Assembly: GCA_040954595.2 (NCBI GenBank)
Contig: CM082586.2
Span: forward strand, 4,074,349 to 4,138,348
Length of the DNA: 64,000 nt
Source: Balanoglossus misakiensis
Taxonomy: Eukaryota; Animalia; Hemichordata
Direction of reading: 5' to 3'
The notes beneath the pieces are model-generated. The model worked only from the letters and a program-made list of their open reading frames with translations, ran no database searches and had not been told where the DNA came from. A program made the position numbers and the translations under genes. Of this stretch, positions 61,301 to 64,000 are shown piece after piece (the stretch's first letter is position 1; each line of letters starts with the position of its first letter).

Positions 61301-64000
61301 TGTCCACATTTCAGTTGGTGTACGGTAACTTGATTCAGAATGACTGGGACAAGCTTTATGTGGAGACTATAGTCAGCCATGTGATGTCAGCAACCAGCAG
61401 CCAATCAGGGAACCTGATGCTGGGCAGTGTTGCCATAGGAACCCCACCAGCCAATGTCGACCCAGCTAACTACAGCCAGTGGCTGTCTGAGAAGTGGTTG
61501 AACGAGGGCAACTCGAGCGATGCGTTGTCACTGGATTTCAGTGTGGAGAAACATTACAATCAAACAAAGTAAGCAAAACTAAATTCCATGAAATTGCACT
61601 ACATCTGACATCTTGCTATAGAAATATGATTGTGTATTGCTGTGGACACCCTCGCCAATCTAGTTAATGTAGAACACTGTAGTAGTCTGAATGCACCATT
61701 TTATTCTGGACAATGTCTATCTAAACTACACCTTACTCAAAAAGACAAGCAACATGAACTGTTCCTTTCAAATCGTAGAAATATTTGTTTTAATTTTCAA
61801 TCATTTCTCTCCTCCGCGCTATGTAGAACATGCAAATCAAAATAAAACTGATGAAAGCTAAATGTTTACGTTTGATTGCAGTGGCATCGACTTCTTGAAA
61901 TACATCGACAAACTATACGAACTACAACATTCAGGACCACACGACCACAGAGTCCGACTTCACATGAAGAAAGAAATGGACACGTATCGATTGCAGCATG
62001 CCATGGACATGGTTATCGAACAGCTGCCTCCGCTGCTGGAACTGGGAGCGATCCCGGATCAGATCCTGAACGAGGGCTATTCATTCCCGTATCACGTACC
62101 CTCCATCATAAGCTTGGCCAGCACAGTGGTTGACGAGATGCCGGAAACATTCGGATATGTGCTGCTACAGGTGAGTTGTACAATTTGAATTCATGCACAA
62201 ATCCCTGAAATTAGAAGCAGCCAACCGTAGCGTTGACTGGGCATGACAGCAACTGAAGATCCTAGTATACGTAGGTCGTGGCGACTGCAGTGAGGTTTGT
62301 ACTGGTATGGGAGGACATATTCTCATCAAGGGGGACACCCACGCGGTGCAACGACCCCTTCCCTTTAAATGATAATAATGCTGATTACTACAGAGGGCTG
62401 TGTTGCGAAAACCAAACACTAAGTAATAAGCCCAGGGCTGGAGTTACTTGGGTTTCAATCACCATGGCTTTTAATCATATTCTAACAAAACATGCACTAT
62501 GATTATTTGCAGGAATGCCATTGGCTCAATGCTTTGCTGTGTCATGTACGACAGTCTCTGCATGAATTGGACAAACACATACTCGGTGGCGAACATGCAA
62601 TACCGCAGGAATTTACAGAAGTGACCCAATCCCTACAAGAAGAATTTGTGCCGATATCATGGATACATCCTCTAAGCCAACCGACCACACATTCACTGCT
62701 GTCATGGCTGAAAGGTTTGTGTAGTTATCAAATCCTTTTACTATAGCGTGTTGACATATGGAGACATTTGCCTACAAGGCCTGATAGAAATTTTTGCCAA
62801 TCATGAGCTGTTTCAGGGGGTTACCGTGATGAGACAAATACACTATATATATAATTGAATTCATTTTTTTTTATTTCTGTTGTAGATTTGAACAAACGTC
62901 ACAGTCAACTCAAGCAGTGGGTGAAGGAAGGCAAAGTTCCAACCAAGAACAATAAAAACGACGGCGCTCGTGGTGAACTGACATCAGTCTGGCTTGGCGG
63001 TCTTGTCAACCCCAACGCTCTGATTACCGCCCTCAGACAAGAAAAAGCGGTCATTTCTGGCTGCCTTCTGACTGAGGTAAGTCACTGTGTAACAAAAGTT
63101 TACAGCCAGGTGTGCTTGTAGTTAGTCTTGAAAGGTACAAAAGTCACGTTTGACATTATTTTAGTTTCTTGTGGTAGTTTATTTATGCGTAGCTGACTGA
63201 AATATGCTACATGTCTGTTTTCTGAATTTTCGTCAATGCGGAAAGTAATCGTGACAGTTTCTATCAATTTCTGCAGGCCAAGTTATTGCGTTTAATTAAC
63301 TTTTAATTACTCGCAATTGATAATGTCTTGTAACTTGCTTGGCAGGTTGAACTTGAGTGTGATGTTTCTACGTCCATCGATTGTGACTCATTTGACATTG
63401 AACATGAAGGTGGAATGTACCTACGTGGGCTGTATCTCCAAGGTGCATCATGGGATATCCAAAATGGCTGCCTCTCTCCACCCAAGTAAGTCTCTTTGAC
63501 CAATCAGTGATGCCGTTACATCATTAAAACAGCTAGACCTTCTGTATGTATGTAGGCTTGTCTTGCATTCAGGTTTTGACCCTATTATTTTTGTATTCTG
63601 CTTTCCAGGACCGAGTTAAATTTGATGCCCAGTGTGTACATCCGACCAGTTGTGAAATCCACTGCGACCGACACCGACCAAAGCGAGCAACAGGATGTTG
63701 GATATTTTGAGTGTCCGGTTTGTGTCAATAAAGCTCGTCAAATCACCGCATTCACTCTACGTTTGAGATGTCCATTGCCGGTGGAGCAGTGGAAACAAGC
63801 AGGCACGGCCATCGTACTTGATCCAGGTAAGTTTCATTTCACACATCAGTGTTTCTTACAAATTGTAGCAACCTCTAAAATCAGCAGAGAAAAGCATGTA
63901 CTTGACACTAGACATGTTTTACCCAAAATGTAAGAATTTTAACATGTGAGAATATTTGTCTTTTTAGGTGCTCCTGAGGACAGCGTGAAGAAATCCAAGG
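15260..64000 (+). CDS. Divergent axonemal dynein heavy chain, outer-arm beta-like, 3'-partial; 94 coding exons, ~16.4 kb CDS, ~5,450 aa in window; AAA1 and AAA4 nucleotide sites degenerate
   Basis: Hand-spliced exons from 15260-15363 to 63968-64000 keep codon phase throughout. Dynein landmarks occur in order: N-terminal DERLRWLESRITSSL; tail FMERCNDVLELVQT; LSNPAMRPRHWKQL; linker KFPRFYFLSLEDVLHII; FDWKAQLQYQW; YGYEYMG...VVTPMTER; YMFNCS; AAA2 GPAGCGKS; AAA3 GDSGCGKT and VDDLN; FLPTAERCHYIFTLRD; stalk/MTBD; AAA5 LLMNC and NFRLYMQT; AAA6 GWVVLQDLHLA; C-terminal GMYLRGLYLQGASWD and FECPVC. Confidence 0.93.
16824..17015. repeat. (GACA)n plus GA/G-rich low-complexity tract in a dynein intron
   Basis: Direct reading. 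Confidence 0.9.
20104..20198. repeat. (ATTC)n microsatellite
   Basis: Direct reading. Confidence 0.97.
23291..23326 (+). other. Candidate 36-nt cassette exon of the dynein gene
   Basis: AG acceptor and GG|GTAAGT donor; phase 2-2, open frame (R)LQTQINHINVFG. Confidence 0.5.
25919..25933 (+). other. Candidate 15-nt microexon (SFQWF) of the dynein gene
   Basis: ctacactag|AGTTTTCAGTGGTTT|gtaagt within a phase-0 intron; long pyrimidine tract and TGCATG motifs upstream. Confidence 0.45.
27675..27768. mobile_element. piggyBac-like MITE copy
   Basis: ttga-CCCTTTCACC...GTTGAAAAGGG-ttaa; same family as the copy at 55075. Confidence 0.75.
29344..29358 (+). other. Candidate 15-nt microexon (LNVLN) of the dynein gene
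   Basis: Pyrimidine tract with ctgac branch-like sites, ctacag|CTAAATGTCCTTAAT|gtaagt, within a phase-0 intron. Confidence 0.55.
34573..34763. repeat. Intronic tandem duplication of a ~90-bp unit (two copies plus the start of a third)
   Basis: agaaatatttgtgtgatggtttatttcact...ccacactgcataacacatct at 34573 and 34666. Confidence 0.9.
35344..37168 (+). other. Dynein AAA1 region (exons 35344-35487, 35972-36101, 36224-36553, 36773-36874, 37043-37168) with substituted Walker A, Walker B and sensor residues
   Basis: AGLCVSPN|WCGSRETIQEL aligns without gaps to canonical SGAPAGPAGTGKTETTKDL; GAWICLSNIDYI aligns to GAWGCFDEFNRI. Confidence 0.88.
37325..37382. repeat. (TGAT)n microsatellite
   Basis: Direct reading. 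Confidence 0.95.
43814..43906. mobile_element. piggyBac-like MITE copy, opposite orientation to the 55075 copy
   Basis: ttaa-CCCTTTCAC...GGTGAAAGGG-ttag. Confidence 0.78.
45606..47926 (+). other. Dynein stalk coiled coil and microtubule-binding domain exons
   Basis: SLDTTSLAELRSMQKP...DLTWSKGAKRQMANMDRFIDELMGFD...YLKKTSFIPENM...GSLCKWLRGVIRY...KVKPL matches the MTBD helix pattern. Confidence 0.85.
48324..48497. mobile_element. Tc1/mariner-type MITE-like element
   Basis: TA-flanked imperfect inverted ends tactgtaaaacctgtctaaa...tttagattgattctacagta; related ends near 28866, 33484 and 43278. Confidence 0.55.
50025..50027 (+). other. Candidate 3-nt microexon of the dynein gene
   Basis: tttccccttttcttccc...tgcac...gttatag|ATG|gtatgt within a phase-2 intron; would insert one Trp. 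Confidence 0.35.
53251..53365. mobile_element. Small element with 12-bp terminal inverted repeats (CAG...CTG ends, hAT-like)
   Basis: CAGTGTTCTCCC...GGGAGAACACTG. Confidence 0.55.
53521..53625 (+). other. Candidate 105-nt cassette exon, paralogous to the 3' half of dynein exon 51945-52093
   Basis: gcag|...GATGAAG|gtattc, phase 1-1, open frame ALLSNFDNYVDGLINSIMQARTQTNAKEKERNKDE, resembling VLLMNCEPHVDSMVTPLIHHRNTANEKDEKE. Confidence 0.6.
54161..54253. mobile_element. piggyBac-like MITE copy (diverged)
   Basis: ttaa-CCCTTTTACC...GATGATAGGG-ttaa. Confidence 0.7.
55075..55166. mobile_element. piggyBac-like MITE, best-preserved copy (84-bp body plus TTAA target duplication)
   Basis: TTAA-CCCTTTCACC...GGTGAAAGGG-TTAA with a perfect 10-bp TIR. 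Confidence 0.85.
57345..57617. repeat. Compound (TACG)n/(TATG)n/(TTG)n microsatellite
   Basis: Direct reading. Confidence 0.97.
60638..60731. mobile_element. piggyBac-like MITE copy
   Basis: TTAA-CCCTTTCCCC...GGGGTGAAAGGG-TTAA; the body matches the copy at 25567-25657. Confidence 0.8.

Noticed and set aside
15260-64000. Dynein gene as a decayed pseudogene
   Set aside because: All 94 exons join in phase with canonical splice sites (one GC-AG) and I found no stops or frameshifts; degeneration is concentrated on catalytic residues.

Overview
Intron-rich, AT-rich eukaryotic (animal) genomic DNA; the species cannot be determined from sequence alone, though it resembles a marine invertebrate. I reconstructed four protein-coding genes by hand from splice sites and codon phase. 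(1) A minus-strand, probably N-myristoylated Neuralized-homology-repeat (NHR) protein (2965 to <315, running off the left edge), preceded by a recent ~1.06-kb tandem duplication and a triplicated CCAAT-containing unit. (2) A BTB-BACK-Kelch (KLHL-like) gene (7988-9995, 595 aa). (3) A 199-aa type I membrane protein with a TNFR-like cysteine-rich ectodomain and a C-terminal PDZ ligand (10849-12703). (4) A giant dynein heavy chain gene (15260 to >64000; 94 coding exons in the window, about 16.4 kb CDS, about 5,450 aa) resembling the outer-arm beta type. The standout is this dynein: its reading frame is intact, yet all five catalytic elements of the AAA1 ATPase site and the AAA4 P-loop are substituted, while AAA2/AAA3 P-loops, stalk and microtubule-binding domain are kept. 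It also carries roughly 1,000 aa of charged insertions, and each of its five longest introns holds a candidate frame-preserving micro- or cassette exon. It looks like a catalytically dead pseudo-motor dynein. Introns also contain a TTAA-flanked piggyBac-like MITE family, other small elements and microsatellites. No RNA genes or CRISPR arrays were seen.
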